Assembly (NCBI GenBank): GCA_026936335.1
Contig: JAPMXV010000037.1
Span: forward strand, 231,503-295,502
Origin: Mantamonas sphyraenae STR306
Lineage: Eukaryota; Protista; CRuMs
Reading direction: 5' to 3'
Length of the DNA stretch: 64,000 bases
Below, one piece after another: positions 44,629 to 58,300 of this stretch. The notes under the pieces were generated by a model. It had not been told where the DNA came from, did no database searches, and was given only the letters and a program-made list of their open reading frames with translations. Both the position numbers and the translations under genes were made by a program. Position 1 is the first letter of the stretch, and every line of letters begins with the position of its first letter.

Positions 44629-46203
44629 ATGAGCTTGCTGGATGTGGATGATTGGGTGGCCCTGTTGCAGGATGGGGATCATGAACGGGTGTGTAGTGCA
44701 CTGGACGCAGAAGGAAAGGTGGGTTGGGACGGGGAAGCAGTGACGTTTTGCACCTCAAGAAGAGGATGAAGAACAACAATGGGGGGTGTGTTGACACGTG
44801 GGCCACAGGAGTTGTGTATCGATGTCATGCAGATCGGAGACGACGAGGTGACAGCGCTGGCGCAGGCACTGAGGAAGAACAGCAGCTTGAAGAGACTGAG
44901 TCTCAGACACAACAGCATCGGGGAAGAAGGAGCAGCAGCACTGGCGCAGGCACTGAGTGAGAACAGCAGCTTGCAGACACTGGACCTCAGTTTCAACAGC
45001 ATCCTCGCAGAAGGAGCAACAGCACTGGCACGGGCACTGAGAGGGAACAGAGGCTTGCAGACACTGGACCTCAATTGCAACAGCATCGGTGTAGAAGGTG
45101 CAAAAGCACTGGCACAGGTACTGAAGGAGAACAGCAGCTTGCAGATTCTGGACCTCAGTTTCAACAGCATCCTCGCAGAAGGAGCAACAGCACTGGCACA
45201 GGCACTGAGTGAGAACAGAGGCTTGCAGACACTGAATCTATACAACAACAGCATCGGGGCGGAAGGAGCAACAGCACTGGCACAGGCACTGAGTGTCAAC
45301 AGCAGCTTGAAGAGCCTGATCCTCGAGAACGTCAGCATCCGGGCAGAAGGGGCAACAGCACTGGCACAGGCACTGCGTGTGAACAGTAGCTTGCAGATAC
45401 TAAACCTCGAAAACGTCAGCATCGGGGCAGAAGGTGCAACCGCACTTGCACAGGTACTGAGTGAGAACAGCAGCCTGCAGACACTCAGGCTCTGGAACAA
45501 TCACATCGGTGATGAGGGAGTAGCAGCACTGGCGCAGGCACTGAGTGAGAACAGCAGCTTGCAGACGTTGGACCTCAGCAGCAACGACATCGGTGATGAG
45601 GGAGTAGCAGCACTGGCGCAGGCACTGAGTGAGAACAGAAGCTTGCAGACGCTGGACCTCAGCAGCAACGACATCGGTGCAGAAGGAGCTGCAGCACTGG
45701 CCATGGTAATGGAAGTCAATCGAGTATGCTGGGACATCGTAGGCGTTGACAATGACGCTTTGCAGTCGCTGATGGGGAGGAACACGGAGAAGCACGTGGA
45801 GTTTGTGGAGTGTGGAGATGTGGAGAAGATGGCTGCGTTGAGGGAGTGGGGTGTGCCCGTGGACACGATTGCAGGGAATGGAGGTGAGGAGACCGCGTTG
45901 GAGCGAGCGGTGATGAGAAGGGATGAGGGGATGATCGAGGTGTTGCGGGAGTGGGGCGCGAGGCCGAGGATGGAAACGGTGGCGATGGTGAGCAAGAGAG
46001 GGTGGAGAAAGGCGTGGCATTGGATTGGATGGGGTGGACAGGTGGATGAGGCGATGGAGGTGGCGTTGGTGATGAATGGGGAGGAGCGGGAGGCGATGTT
46101 TGAGTGTGGAGGGATGGAGGCGTATGAGTCGACTGCACAGTGGATGACACTGCCCGATGAGGTGATGGAGAGGGTGATTGGGTGGATGGGGAGGGGAGGG
46201 TGA
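44629..46203 (+). CDS. RNI/NLRC3-type leucine-rich-repeat protein with an ankyrin-like unit and C-terminal F-box-like motif; intron 44719-44832
   Basis: 10-11 x 28-aa IG.EG..ALAQAL..N.SL..L.L..N repeats, then ETALERAV...EVLREWGA, ending in WMTLPDEVMERVIGWM. Confidence 0.85.
44833..45710 (+). repeat. Tandem 84-bp coding repeat (LRR units), about 10.5 copies
   Basis: Near-identical units such as GCAGCACTGGCGCAGGCACTGAGTGAGAACAGCAGCTTGCAGACACTGGACCTC recur with an 84-nt period. Confidence 0.9.
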
Positions 46204-46302
46204 GGTGGAGAGTGTGGGAATGAACAAGTTCATTCGAGGGGAGGAGGAATTGCGCGGATGCGGTACTGCACCGCATTCGTGGCCAACACAACCCATCCAG
46301 AC

Positions 46303-49300
46303 ATGATGCGATGTCTCATCATCCTCTTGTTCGTCCTCCCTTTGATCTTTGCGTCATCAGACTATGTCATCGGAGGCGAATTCACTGCGCTCAGGTCGGC
46401 CCCCGGCTCGGCCTCCGCAGACAACGCGCTTGGGCTGGCAGCACTGGACATCTCCACTTCTAGCATCACCAAGTTGCACAACTTGCGTGTTCATGGCAAC
46501 GTGCTGGCCATGCAGTACCGCGACGACGCCCTGTTTGTCGGTGGCAACTTCTGGTCAGCGATGAACGGGACGACCAACATCACCACCGCTCATTTTCTGC
46601 ACCTGGCCCCTTCAACCACAGTCTATGACGTGCCCCTGGCCCTCGATGGTGCTGTGCGTGCCATCACCCCCGCTCTCGACCAAACGGAGGGCGTTTTTGT
46701 TGGTTCGTTTCATCGTTACTGTGCAGCCCCAGGCCGCGTCCCTCTCTCGTTGTCCTGCCATGCGCCCATGCAATCGTCCCACATTTCCATCACGCCCCGG
46801 TCCCTCCCACCCGAGCTCAAGCACACCCCACATCTGCTCCCCTGCCCGTCAGCACTCCTTGCCGCCCTGCGTGACTTCTCCTGACACCTAACACCTGGAA
46901 CACAGGAGGCGATTTCTCGAGCCCGTCGCCACGTGTTGCGCGATACAGGCCGTCCACAAACTCCTTCGAAGCAATTCCCGGTGCTTCGTTCGACGGCGGC
47001 AACGTGCTGGCACTGGCAATGAGCGACCCGGACACATTGTTTGCGGCGGGAGATTTCACGAACGGCACAGGGGGCGCACGGTACATTGCCCGGTACATTG
47101 TTTCCACGTCCCAGTGGTCGTCATTGACTGCCGACCCGACACAGATCACCGGCCCCGTCGACACCCTGGCCTCTCTGGACGCCAACACCATCTTTCTCGG
47201 CGGAAGGTTCACCTTTGCGCCCGAGACAAAGGGCAACTACCTTCTGCGCTACCGAAACGACACAGACGTGTTTTCGCCGCTGTCCATGTGCACCTCCATT
47301 ACCGCCCGCGTGCGCGCCCTGGCTGTGGACAGCAACGGCACTCTGTGGATCGGCACCGACGGCCAGGCATTCATAGTTGGCAACGTGAACACTGTGTTCG
47401 ACTACATGGACTATGTGGTCGCGTACAACACGCACACATCCACCTACGAACCTCTGGTGGGCCAGAACACATTCAGCCCAGGCACGGGCATCTCATCGTA
47501 CCCTCTCGCGTTTGCTGTCCAGGGCAACACCGTGGCCATGGCGGGCAACTTCCACAACACCAGAGACGGCAAGACATACGGTCGCATTGCCATCTACGAC
47601 TCGGTGGCACACACCTGGTCGTACCCAGAGCCCGGCACGGGACTCACCTTTACAGGAGACACCTTTGCCCTCGCCTGGCGATCTGCCTCCCAGCTGCTTG
47701 TCGGTCGATCGGACGCAGAGCTGGACTTTGCTTCTGGCAGCGCCCAGCTCCTGGCTGCTGTGGACAGGGCCACAGGGGCAAAGAACGCGGATGGGACAAC
47801 CTCCTACCGCACGGGCAAGATTGAAGCCATGGTGGCTGTCGGTGACGATCTCATTGTGGCAGGCGACTTTACGACAAATTCGGAAGCCAACAAGTACCTA
47901 TACAGGCGTACTTCGACCAGTGCCCAGGTTCCCGTCTTCTCTGGTCAAGCTCCCAACGACGTGGTACGCGCGCTCACCTTCCACGCTCCTACAAACACAC
48001 TGTACTTTGGCGGCCGTTTCAGCTCAAACGGCGTTTGTCCCGAAACGCGCTGCTACTACGTGGGCTCCGTTGACACCACCTCCTGGAGGTACAGGCCGGT
48101 GTTTGCGGAATCTCTATTTTCCAGTTCTTCGTCCGGTGGTGTTCGGGCGCTGCTGCGCATCGGCAACCATCTCTTGGTCGGCGGTGACCTTGACCATGCA
48201 TCGAACAGTCGCAGTCCATATGGACCCACTGATTTCGGTGTATATGACGTCGTCCAACACGTCTGGCTGCCTGTGGGCGGGGTGAGCGGCACGGTGTACG
48301 ACATGGAGCCTGTGCCTGGAACCAGCAATGCCTACCTGGTTGGCAACTTTGAGGAGGTCAACGCGTTGAGGAGCGCCTATCTCGCTACCTTTCTGTACGC
48401 GGAAGATAGGTTCCAGCAAACCAACCCCAGTGCCAAACAGCTCGACGGGGCCGTTTACGTCATGCGCTATGATGCCACACGCAACCGCACCTGGGTTGGC
48501 GGGGCGTTTGGAAAGGTCAACGAAGCGTCCGAAAGCGCGCACTTTGCCAGCATTGACATGGACTCCCATCAGGTGCTGGGATCCTACGCCACGGCAACGA
48601 GCGTGTCACGCGCATTCGATGGCAACGTCAATGACATCGCGCTGGTCAACGGCCGCATCATTGTCGTGGGTGCATTCAACAACGTCAACGGCGTCGCCGC
48701 CAACGACCACGTGGTCGAATGGGTGCCCGAGGCCAACGAATTCCGGTCGGTGTGTGGTGGCTACCCAACAGCCATCCGCAGTGTGCACTGGGACGGGCAT
48801 CACATGCTGTACATGACGACCGAGGTGGCCAGTCCACGCATCATCGCCTGCAACCTCACCGCCAACGATGCCATGATCACAAACGCCACCACCAGTGTCA
48901 ACGGCGACGTCAACGCCATGGTTCAAGACGACCAGGACCCCAACGTCTGGTGGGTTGCAGGCGAATTCACCTCTCCTCACACCCGTTTCATGCAGTGGAA
49001 CAGCGCCACGGCACAGTACGCCGCCGTGCCCGGCACACCGTCCACCCTCAGCGGCCCTGTGCACGGCATGGTGAGCTGGAATGGCAATCTGCTGATCGCT
49101 GGTGAGTTTCAAAACGTCGACAACAAAGGATTCAGCTATCTTGCGGCGTACAATGGCTCGGCATTCCTGCCTGTGCTGTCGCAGGGGAGTCCATCACACG
49201 CGTTGGGGACCAAACTCGCGCGTTCCGCAGCCATCACACTGGTGGGCAACACAGGAAAGGCGGTGATCACCGGTGCGTTCACCTCCATCAACGGCAACCA

Positions 49301-52300
49301 ATCTTTCTCCTACTGTGCAGAGGTCGACCTCGGCACCGGTAAGCTCACCTCCCGATTCATGGACCTGTTCCCGGACTGGAAATTCGGCGAGGGCACCTAC
49401 AAGGGTGCATACTGGGTGGAGCAATTCAACGTGATGTACCTGTTGGCGGACAACAGCAACTTTAAACCTGGAAGCCAGAGGGCCATTCGCTTTGGTGTTT
49501 GGGATGATTCGCGCATGCAGCTGCGACCGGCTTCGCAGCACTCGATCAACAACCTTGTTTACACCATCGTCACAAAGAACAACATGGTGTATCTCGGGGG
49601 TGCGTTCACAACCCCGTTCCAATCCGTGATGAGCTGGAACCCGGCCACAGACACGTTTGCCGCCCTTCCATCAAGCGATGGCAGTAGCAGCACGTCCGGC
49701 TACGTGCACGACATGCTCGTGGACGGCGATGTCATTGTCCTCGTGGGATCCTTTACTACTCTCCTGGGCAAACCGGCAAATCGCATTGCCATCTGGAATG
49801 GAACGGCTGTGGACGGCGATGTTGTCGGCGTCGATAGCACAGTGAATGTGATTGTCAAAGCCAACGTCACCACAGGCCTGCAAGTGCCGTCAGACGACAC
49901 CCCAGCCACAATGGTGCCCGTGCGCAGCGCAGCGGCTGCCTTTTGCTCTCCCGTCCTCCCTGGCAACCACATGGTGTCCAGCAAGCTGTCCCAGAACGAA
50001 GCTGATCGCCAGGCCATGCATGCGGCCCGTGGTTCCACGGCAGCATGTGCCAACTGCACCAAAGCAGCCAAGCAGCTGTTTTGCCACAAGTGGTTGCCCC
50101 ACAACGGACAGCTTCCGTGTCGCTCGGAGTGTCTCAAGTTCGCCCACACGTGCGCCATCAACGCCGCTGCTGTCTGCGACGGCTATCCCACCTCTGCCTG
50201 CCAGCTGAACATTATCGACGAGGCGCCCGCATGTGTGGCTGGGTCAAACGTGTTTGCCGACCCGCCCCGCATCCTGCATCTGGCAGGAACCTTCACTGGC
50301 CAGCAAGAAAGCGACCAAAGGTTCAACCGGCGCGACCTGATGTGCTACCACACCACCACGGGCGCGTGGAATCACGCCCAGTGCGTCATCGATGGCACAG
50401 TGTACGCTGCCATCCCAGATGGCACGGGCAAGCTGTATGTGGGTGGTGTGTTTTCCTCCAGCGCCGGCGTGAGCAACTTTGGTCTCTTTGACCCTGTGTC
50501 TCAGCGTCTGCAGGCTGTGGCTGGAGTTGCACCCAATGCAGAGGTGCGCCAGATCAAGTTGCGCGATGGCTCCCTCTTCCTCTCTGGTCTGTTTACCAAC
50601 CTGGGTGGCAGCGGCGCCGACTTCATCGCCCGGTACAACCTTTCTGCATCCTCCGTCCACAAAGTCGCAACCGCCACGCAACCGAACGGCCGAGTCAACG
50701 ACTTTGAATGGAGTCTCGATGGCTCTGTGCTCTGGATTGCGGGTGCATTCACAGACCACTTCAAGGGCCTGGTGTTGGCCACGGGAGCGTACGTGCAAGG
50801 CATCCCTGGCTTGTCGGGGTCCGTGGAGACGCTGGTGCGGCTGCCGTCTGCAGACACGTTTGTGTTGGGCGGTGCATTCGACACCCTGGGAGGGTTTGAT
50901 AACACGGCAGACAATCTGGTGGTGTACAACGTGACCAATGACATGTTTGAGCAGCCCGTTCCCGGCACGGATCTCAACCTCAACGCCGCCGTGCGCACCC
51001 TGACTGCTGCTGCGGGAAAGGTGTTTGTGGGTGGCCAGTGGACCACCAACACCATGGCTGGCGTGTCCAACACCCAGTACGCGCTGCTGGTCAACCCAGC
51101 CACCCGTCAGATCGAACCCATTTCCGAAGCGGGCTCCATCAACCAGAACGTGCTCTCCAGCAGTGCCACCGGAGACTCGGTGGTGTTTGGCGGCTCGTTT
51201 TCCAGTATTGCGGGTCAGGAGAGCAGGTTCGTTGCGTCTGTGGATGCACGCACGCGGCAGCTGCGTCCGCTGGCTGATTTCAATCAGCTGCTGGCCAGCA
51301 GCGTGTTCGCCGTGCACAACGTTAGCCGCACCCGTCCGGCAGAGTATCTGCTGGGAGGCAGCTTCGATCGCAAGGTGGGTCTCTTCAGTGCTGGAGACGG
51401 CGTGTTCCGCCGCTTCGCAGGGGGTGTGCTGGACAACAGCATCTTGGCCTTGGAGCGGTACAGTGCCGACACGTGGTTTGTGGGTGGCCAATTCACCACA
51501 GTGAGCACGGATGAGAGTGTGTTTATGGTACTGGGGGGTCCCAACGTGACGGCAGACACTTGGCGGCAAGCCAGTGCCTTTGTCGACACGCTTCAGGAGC
51601 AAGGCACCAATGAGTATGGCTCCCACGTGTTGCAACACACCCCCAGTGGGGATCTGTACGTTGCCGGGAACCTGGTTGGCGTCGTTGCCGGAGGCGACAC
51701 CACGTTTGCCAACGGCATCTTCCGTCTGCCTAGCGGCGGCTCTTTAGGACCCCAACCACTGCGCGGTGGCCTTGTGGGTGGCGGGGTGAGTTTCATGGCG
51801 CAGTGGCGATCGCAGATTGTGGTTGTGGGCGCCTTCCGAAGTGTGTCCGACATCGGCCCCTCCGGTCGCTTTGCAGCCACATACGACATTCCCAGTGACA
51901 CCTGGGCTCCCCTGACCAACAGCAAGCTGATTGCGCCTGTCCGCTCGGCCTTTCTGCATGGCAACACTCTGTACCTGGGCTGTGCGGCATCGCCCTGCAT
52001 CCAGTTGGCCAGCACCGGGGGCGGAGCGTTGCAACGCTTGTCTGCCGCATCCTACGATCTCCAAACCCACGTGTGGACAGGCCTGGGAACCACCGTTGGT
52101 GGTCACACCTCACATGACATGGCGCAGGTGCTTGTCCACCGCGACCGTGTGTTCTTTGCCGACCGCGTCCATGGCCTGCTGGCCGTTCCCATGGCGTCTA
52201 CCAATCAAGAATTCCAACGCATCGGGTGCTACAATGACAAGGTGCACGCCCTGCTTCCCTACGGCGATTCCCTGATTGTGGGCGGGGCGTACCGGGGTGC

Positions 52301-55300
52301 GGGCCTGTCGCCAGCCACGTTTGTGTCTCGCTACAACCTTGTCACGGGCAAGGTCGAGTTTGCCAACGCGGTGGCGGCCGTCAACGAAGCAGTGTTGGGC
52401 TCGGTTGACCGCATGGTCATGTACAAGGGCTGGGTGGTCGCCACCGGTCCGGATCGCCGGGTGGTGCTGATCGACCCGGAAACCATGCGTGTGTCGGCCC
52501 CATCCAACCTGGACATCGGCAATGCGCTGCTCACTGGCCTTCATGTGACTGGCGACAAACTGTACGCGCTTAGTAGCACGGCTGTGAGCAAGTCCATGCA
52601 ACGCGTCGCCGCCCTCAACATCGACACCGGTGCTTACACCGCGCTGGCCAATGGAACGTCCGGTCAGGTCAACGCCCTTCTGCGCTACGGCGATCATTTG
52701 TACGTTGGAGGCCACTTTGACGTCGCTGGACACGTGTGGACGTCACCCAAGCTCGCACGGTGGGACATCTCGTCCGCACAATGGCAGCCGGCCTACAACA
52801 GGAGCAGTGGCCCACTGCAAGGGGCCGTTCGTGCGCTCATTGCGCACAATGGTGCCATTTACGTGGGGGGCGAATTTCCGGCCTCTCGCGCCACTGGGGT
52901 GTCCGCATTGGTCACCAAACTGCATCCACAATCTGGCTCCTTTGAACCGCTCTCGCTCACACGATCAGTGTCCACCGCCGGATCGTCTGTGGTCTTTGCT
53001 CTTGCGTTCCTGGACAACAAGCTGTACATTGGCGGAGACTTTACGGGCGCTGTGGGCAAGGAGCAGCTGGGCGGCGTGGTGGAGTTTTCGTCCACGCAGA
53101 ACAAGCATGTCAACTACGGTGTGCACTCTTCAACCACAGTGCGAGCTGTCGTGCTGAAACCCGGAGACGACAACATCGTTTTCGTGGGTGGCGAATTCCA
53201 AGCTGCCAACGGCGTCGCGAATTTGGGCATGTACAATCGCACTCTGCAACGCTGGTCCTATCTTGGCTACTCCTCGCCCTTTCCCAAAACGGTTTTCGGC
53301 ATCCGGGCCACCAGCGATGGTGATCTCTTTGTCGCTGGCTCGTTTGAGCGCCCGGTGAACGGCAACTACACGGTGGCTGCAGCAGTGCAACGATTCGCCC
53401 GATACACAGCTTCCACCAACGGGTTCCAGGCCCTGGCAGACGGTTCTCTTGGGTTTCGTGGCACTGGCCATGGCGTGGTGGTTGTGGGCAACCACACCTG
53501 TGTGTATGGCAACGTGATGGACAACACTGCCCTGCATCTAGGCTCCGTCGCCACCCTGGACACGGCCAACCAGCGCCTTGCCCCAGAGTACCTGGGATTT
53601 GATGGGCTGCCCAAGTCGGTGCACACTGTCACCGGAAGTGTCAACGGCCTCATTGCTGGAGGCACGTTCTCCTCGGCGCCCGATGGTCAGGGGGCGGCGG
53701 TGGGAGGGGCTTTTGTGAGCAGATTCAACAGTTCGCGGCTGTGGGACAACGTTGCTCCAGGCATGTCCTTCTCCAGCAAGGTCTGGGCCTCCATTCCGTA
53801 CGGAGCGGGCGGGCTGTTTGGTGGCGAGTTTGTGGATCTCCAGGGCCACATCGACTCCCTGGTCATGTTGACGGATTCAAATGCCCGTGCTGTGGCTTGC
53901 GACGCCATCCCATCGGCAGTGACCGCCATTGTGCGCAACGGATCGCATGTGTTCCTTGGCACCACGGCAACGACGCTGGGTGCGCAGCTGAGTGGCTCGC
54001 TCCTGCGCCTGGATCTTGACACGCACACCACAACGGCATTGGCATCCGCACAGAACGCCTACTTGGCAGGTGGGGTCAATGTGATGGTTGTGCGCGACCA
54101 GCACATGTACGTGGGAGGCAGTTTCACGGGGCTAATTCCACGCGTCCGTGCCAAGTACCTGACGCAGTACGACGTGAAAAACGCCACCTTTGTTGACCAG
54201 ACATGGAGTCCCGACTTTTCGGCAGCCATCGATGCGTCGTTTGTGGAGTCGGAAAGTGTCGTGTATGTAGGCGGCAACTTTCAGACATACGGCGGCGATG
54301 CCTCGGCGTCGTATGTGGTGCAGCTCAACCCGATCACGGGTCAAGTGGAGTCGATGAGCACGACAGGCAACAGCTACCCCAGCCGGGTGTACGCCATCAC
54401 AAAGTGCATGAATCAGCTGTACGTGGCTGGCGCGTCCGGGATCTTTGTATGGCTGGGTCGTGACTCTGGCTTTCGTAGGCTGCCCAACGGAGGTCCAACC
54501 ACCACTGTGTTCGCCCTGGCATGTCACGCCGAATCACACCTGTGGGTCGGCACAGAATCCTCGCCGTACCTGTACAAGTTTACCCTGGCATCGCAGCTTT
54601 GGAAGAGCGGCTTCCAATTGACCCAAGGTGCATCCTCAGTGTCTCCAAACGGACAGGTCAAAACGTTGACCGTGGTGGGCTCCAAGCTCTTTGTGGGAGG
54701 CTCGTTCACCACACCACAGAAGCGCGGTGTGCTGCTGGACCTGTCATCCGAGCAGTATGTACCCATGTATGGGGGCACATTCGACAACACGGTGCGTGCT
54801 TCATGCTCGCATGGCGACTGGCTGTATGTGGCGGGCGACTTTGCTGGAGTCGGCCTCAACCCCCTTCGCCGCAATCACATTGTGCGCGTCAACATCCACA
54901 CAGGGGTGTGGGTCGAAGTGGACGGAGGATTGAACGACGATGTGTACGCTTTGGTGTGTGGTGACCAATCCCTGTACGCAGCAGGCAAGTTTGGGACCGC
55001 AGCTGCACCCATCGAACTTGGCGGGCTCAAGCCGTTGGAGTTTTTGGCCTCGTACTCGTACACAACACAGCGCTGGGTACCCTTGGCCTCCAAGCTTGCG
55101 TTCGACTCGTCTCACACCTTTGCCTCGTTGTCGCTGTTGCCATCAGGCAACCTGTTGGTGGGGGGTGACTTTGCCTCCGTGCAGCCAGATGTGGCTGGAT
55201 TCCAGTGGCTTACGCGATGGAACGCAGCAACAGACCGCATTGAGCCTGTGCTTCCCGCGGAGGCCACTCTGCCGCTGGGTGGCGAAGTGTATGCCCTGCT

Positions 55301-58300
55301 GGACCGTGGCGACCATCTGCTGATTGGTGGCCAGTTTCGCAGTGGGTACGGCAGCTCAAACCACAAACGAATCATCCGCTTCTACTACGACTCGTTGGAG
55401 GTGCGCATCGTGAACCACGTGCCCACCACATCCAGCTTTCACGTTTCCTCGTTTGCCGAGTGGAACGGCGAGCTGTTTGTAGGCGGACGACAGATCTCAG
55501 AGTACGGCACATATGGACTGGCAAAGTTGAGGATCGAGAACGGCCTTCTGTCCTACTTTCGCCTCAATCTGGCACGCAACAATTTCCATCTGGCGCCCAA
55601 CCAGGACGTGCACGTGGTCAAGTCTCTGGCAAAATGCCAGCGTTTCCCACTGAGCCAAGGCTTCTGCAAGTCCGTCATCACGTGGCAGGTGGGAGTCAAC
55701 GGCAACGCCAACTTTACGCAACTGGACGAGTCTGCTCGTTTGTTGGCGAGTGTGAATGGTGACGCAGGCTGCGCCGAAGCATCCAGGCTGTTTGCATGCG
55801 CCACTGTGTTTCCTGGCTGTCATGCAGACACGGCGGTGGTGCCCGTGTGCAGACAAACATGTTTGTCCATGCAGGCACACTGCAACGCACCCTTTTTGCA
55901 ATGCTCCGAACTTCCCCTGACCGACTGCTTCCCGAGCACAGTCGCCGTCACCAACACCAGTGTCTCCCGTGCTCCGGCTGCGCTTGGCATTCCATTGCTG
56001 GTTTCGGGTGTGGGGTTCCGCCCTGCCACAGGCATTGTGGTGTCGTTCGGAAGGCTGTCCTCAGCCTGCGTGTACGAAACGCCCACGAGTGTGCGCTGTG
56101 TGACGCCCAAGCTCCCGTTGGGGAACCATTCCGTCGAGGTGTCGTTTGATGGCGGCGTCAGCTTCACCTCGGGCAGTGGGGTGTCGATCGAGACCGTGTT
56201 GCCGTCGGTGGAGTCTATCACGCCCGCCAGTGTTCCACTGGATGGTGGTCCCACCATCACTGTGACTGGTCGGGGCCTCCTGGACGCACAGGGAGTGCAC
56301 GGGTCGTTGAGAGTACGCATCGGCGCCTCCCCGCCGGTGTTTGTCAACATCAGTGGCACTCCGGTGACGTTTACCATGCCCTCGCTGCTGGGCAGGGTCA
56401 ACGTGAGTGTGGGTGAGTTTGTCTCTGTTCCAGTGGAGGTGTCCACCAACGCGGGTGCGTCGTACACCGCCGACGGGCGCTCGCTGCGTGTGTTTGGCGA
56501 CCCGGTGTTCAACCGCACCGCGCCAGAGTATGGAAACGGGGCTGGAGGCACTGTGCTCAGTGTCACCGGCGTGTACCCTTCGGGCATCCCGGGCATCACC
56601 GTCAAACTCAACTCGTCGCTGTGGGAATCGGCACCCCTTGTTGCCACTGCCGTCAGCTCCTCCCTGCTGCGTGTGGTCACGCCGGCTGCACCGTCGGCCG
56701 TCCCCACTCGGCCCCTGCAGCTGGACGTGTGGGTGTCGCTCAATGGGCGCGATTGGATACGCACCAGCGGGCCCGGCACCTTGACCTACCATGGTCCCGT
56801 CAGTGTCTCTGGCGTCAGCGTCGCCAAGGTGCCCGCCGGATTGCATGTGCCCCTGGACGTCAGCGGCATGGGATTTCTTCCGGGCAACGGGATTGTGGCC
56901 TCGTTTGGGGGCTCCACCGCCCCGTGTGCGTACGGCACGGCATCACGTGTGCAGTGCAACACGCCCCTGCTGGGCGAGGGTTCACATGCTGTCACCGTGT
57001 CGCTGGACTCGGGACAGACGTTCACGTCGGGTGGGGTCGTGTCTGTGCAGGCCGTGCATCCGAGTGTGCAGTCCATCGCGCCCACCAGCGTCCCTGTGGG
57101 CGGCGGCACCGTGCTCAATCTCACCGGCATCGATGTGCTCAACGTCCCCGGGCTGCCCAACTCGCTGCAGGTGTGGATCAAGACGCCGGCGGGGGTGTTT
57201 GCCAACATCAGTGCGACCCCGGTGTCGTTTGCCGTCCCGTCGCTTGTGGGCCAGCTCATCATTGCTGGCGGTGATTTCGTGTCGGTTGCCGTGGAGGTGA
57301 CCACCAACGCTGGGTCGACATGGACGACCGACGGACGCACCCTGCGCGTGTACACCCCTTCGGTGTTTGCCGGTGTGACCCCGAATGTGATGCGGTTCAC
57401 CGGCGGGACCCGAATCAGCATTTCGGGCAAGTCGGCTGTGGTGGATGACACCACGCTGCTGCGACTGCGTGACAACAGCGACTGGGAGTCACAAACACGG
57501 GTGGTGAGCCGCCAAGGAGCCGCGCTGGTGGCCACTATGCCCGAGTACAAACGCCTTGATGGGAACACGACCACGCTGGATGTGTGGGTGGCTCTCAATG
57601 GCGTGGATTGGGTGGACACCGGGTTGCAGCTGACGGGCTTCGGCGCACCCACAATCACTGCGGTGCAGCCGAGGCAAAAGACGCCCGGAACGGCAGTGCA
57701 GGTGGTCGTTACAGGCTCAGGGTTTGTCAACACGGGACGTGTGGTAGTGCGCTTGGGTTCGGGCTTTGAGTTTTCGCCAGCCATCGTCACTGCCACGGCC
57801 ATCACCATTGTGTCGCCCGTCGAGCATCTCCAGGGCCGATACACCGTGGAAGTGAGCATGGATGGCCAGCTGTACGACTCCAATCCTGCCGTCCAGTTTG
57901 ATGTCATCCCGCCGTCCACGGTGGTCGCATGCCCGCTGAACACGGAGCCGTCTGTGCCTGTGCCTGCTTCGGAAGCCGATTGTCTGTGCAAGCGTGACTT
58001 TTACAATCCGGACAAGCAAGCAGGAAAGACCTGCCTGGAGTGTCCACCCAATGCCGACTGCACAGGTGGCCTCAACCAGCCTGTGGCCAAGCCAGGCTTC
58101 TTTGCAGCCACGGCAACGCCAGGTGCGTACAACTTTGTTGCTTGTGCTGTGCCCTCTGCGTGTCTCGGAGGCGCCAGCAGCGGGTGCGCGACTGGTTACC
58201 AGGGCACGCTGTGTGGCACATGCAGTCCTGGGTTCTACCGTCTGGGCAGCACGTGTCAGCCCTGCCAGCAGGGCTCAGGGGGGACCATAGCCGTGCTGAT

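Noticed and set aside
44833-45710. Regular repeats that could be mistaken for a CRISPR array
   Set aside because: In-frame 84-bp LRR coding units without unique spacers; eukaryotic context and no cas genes.
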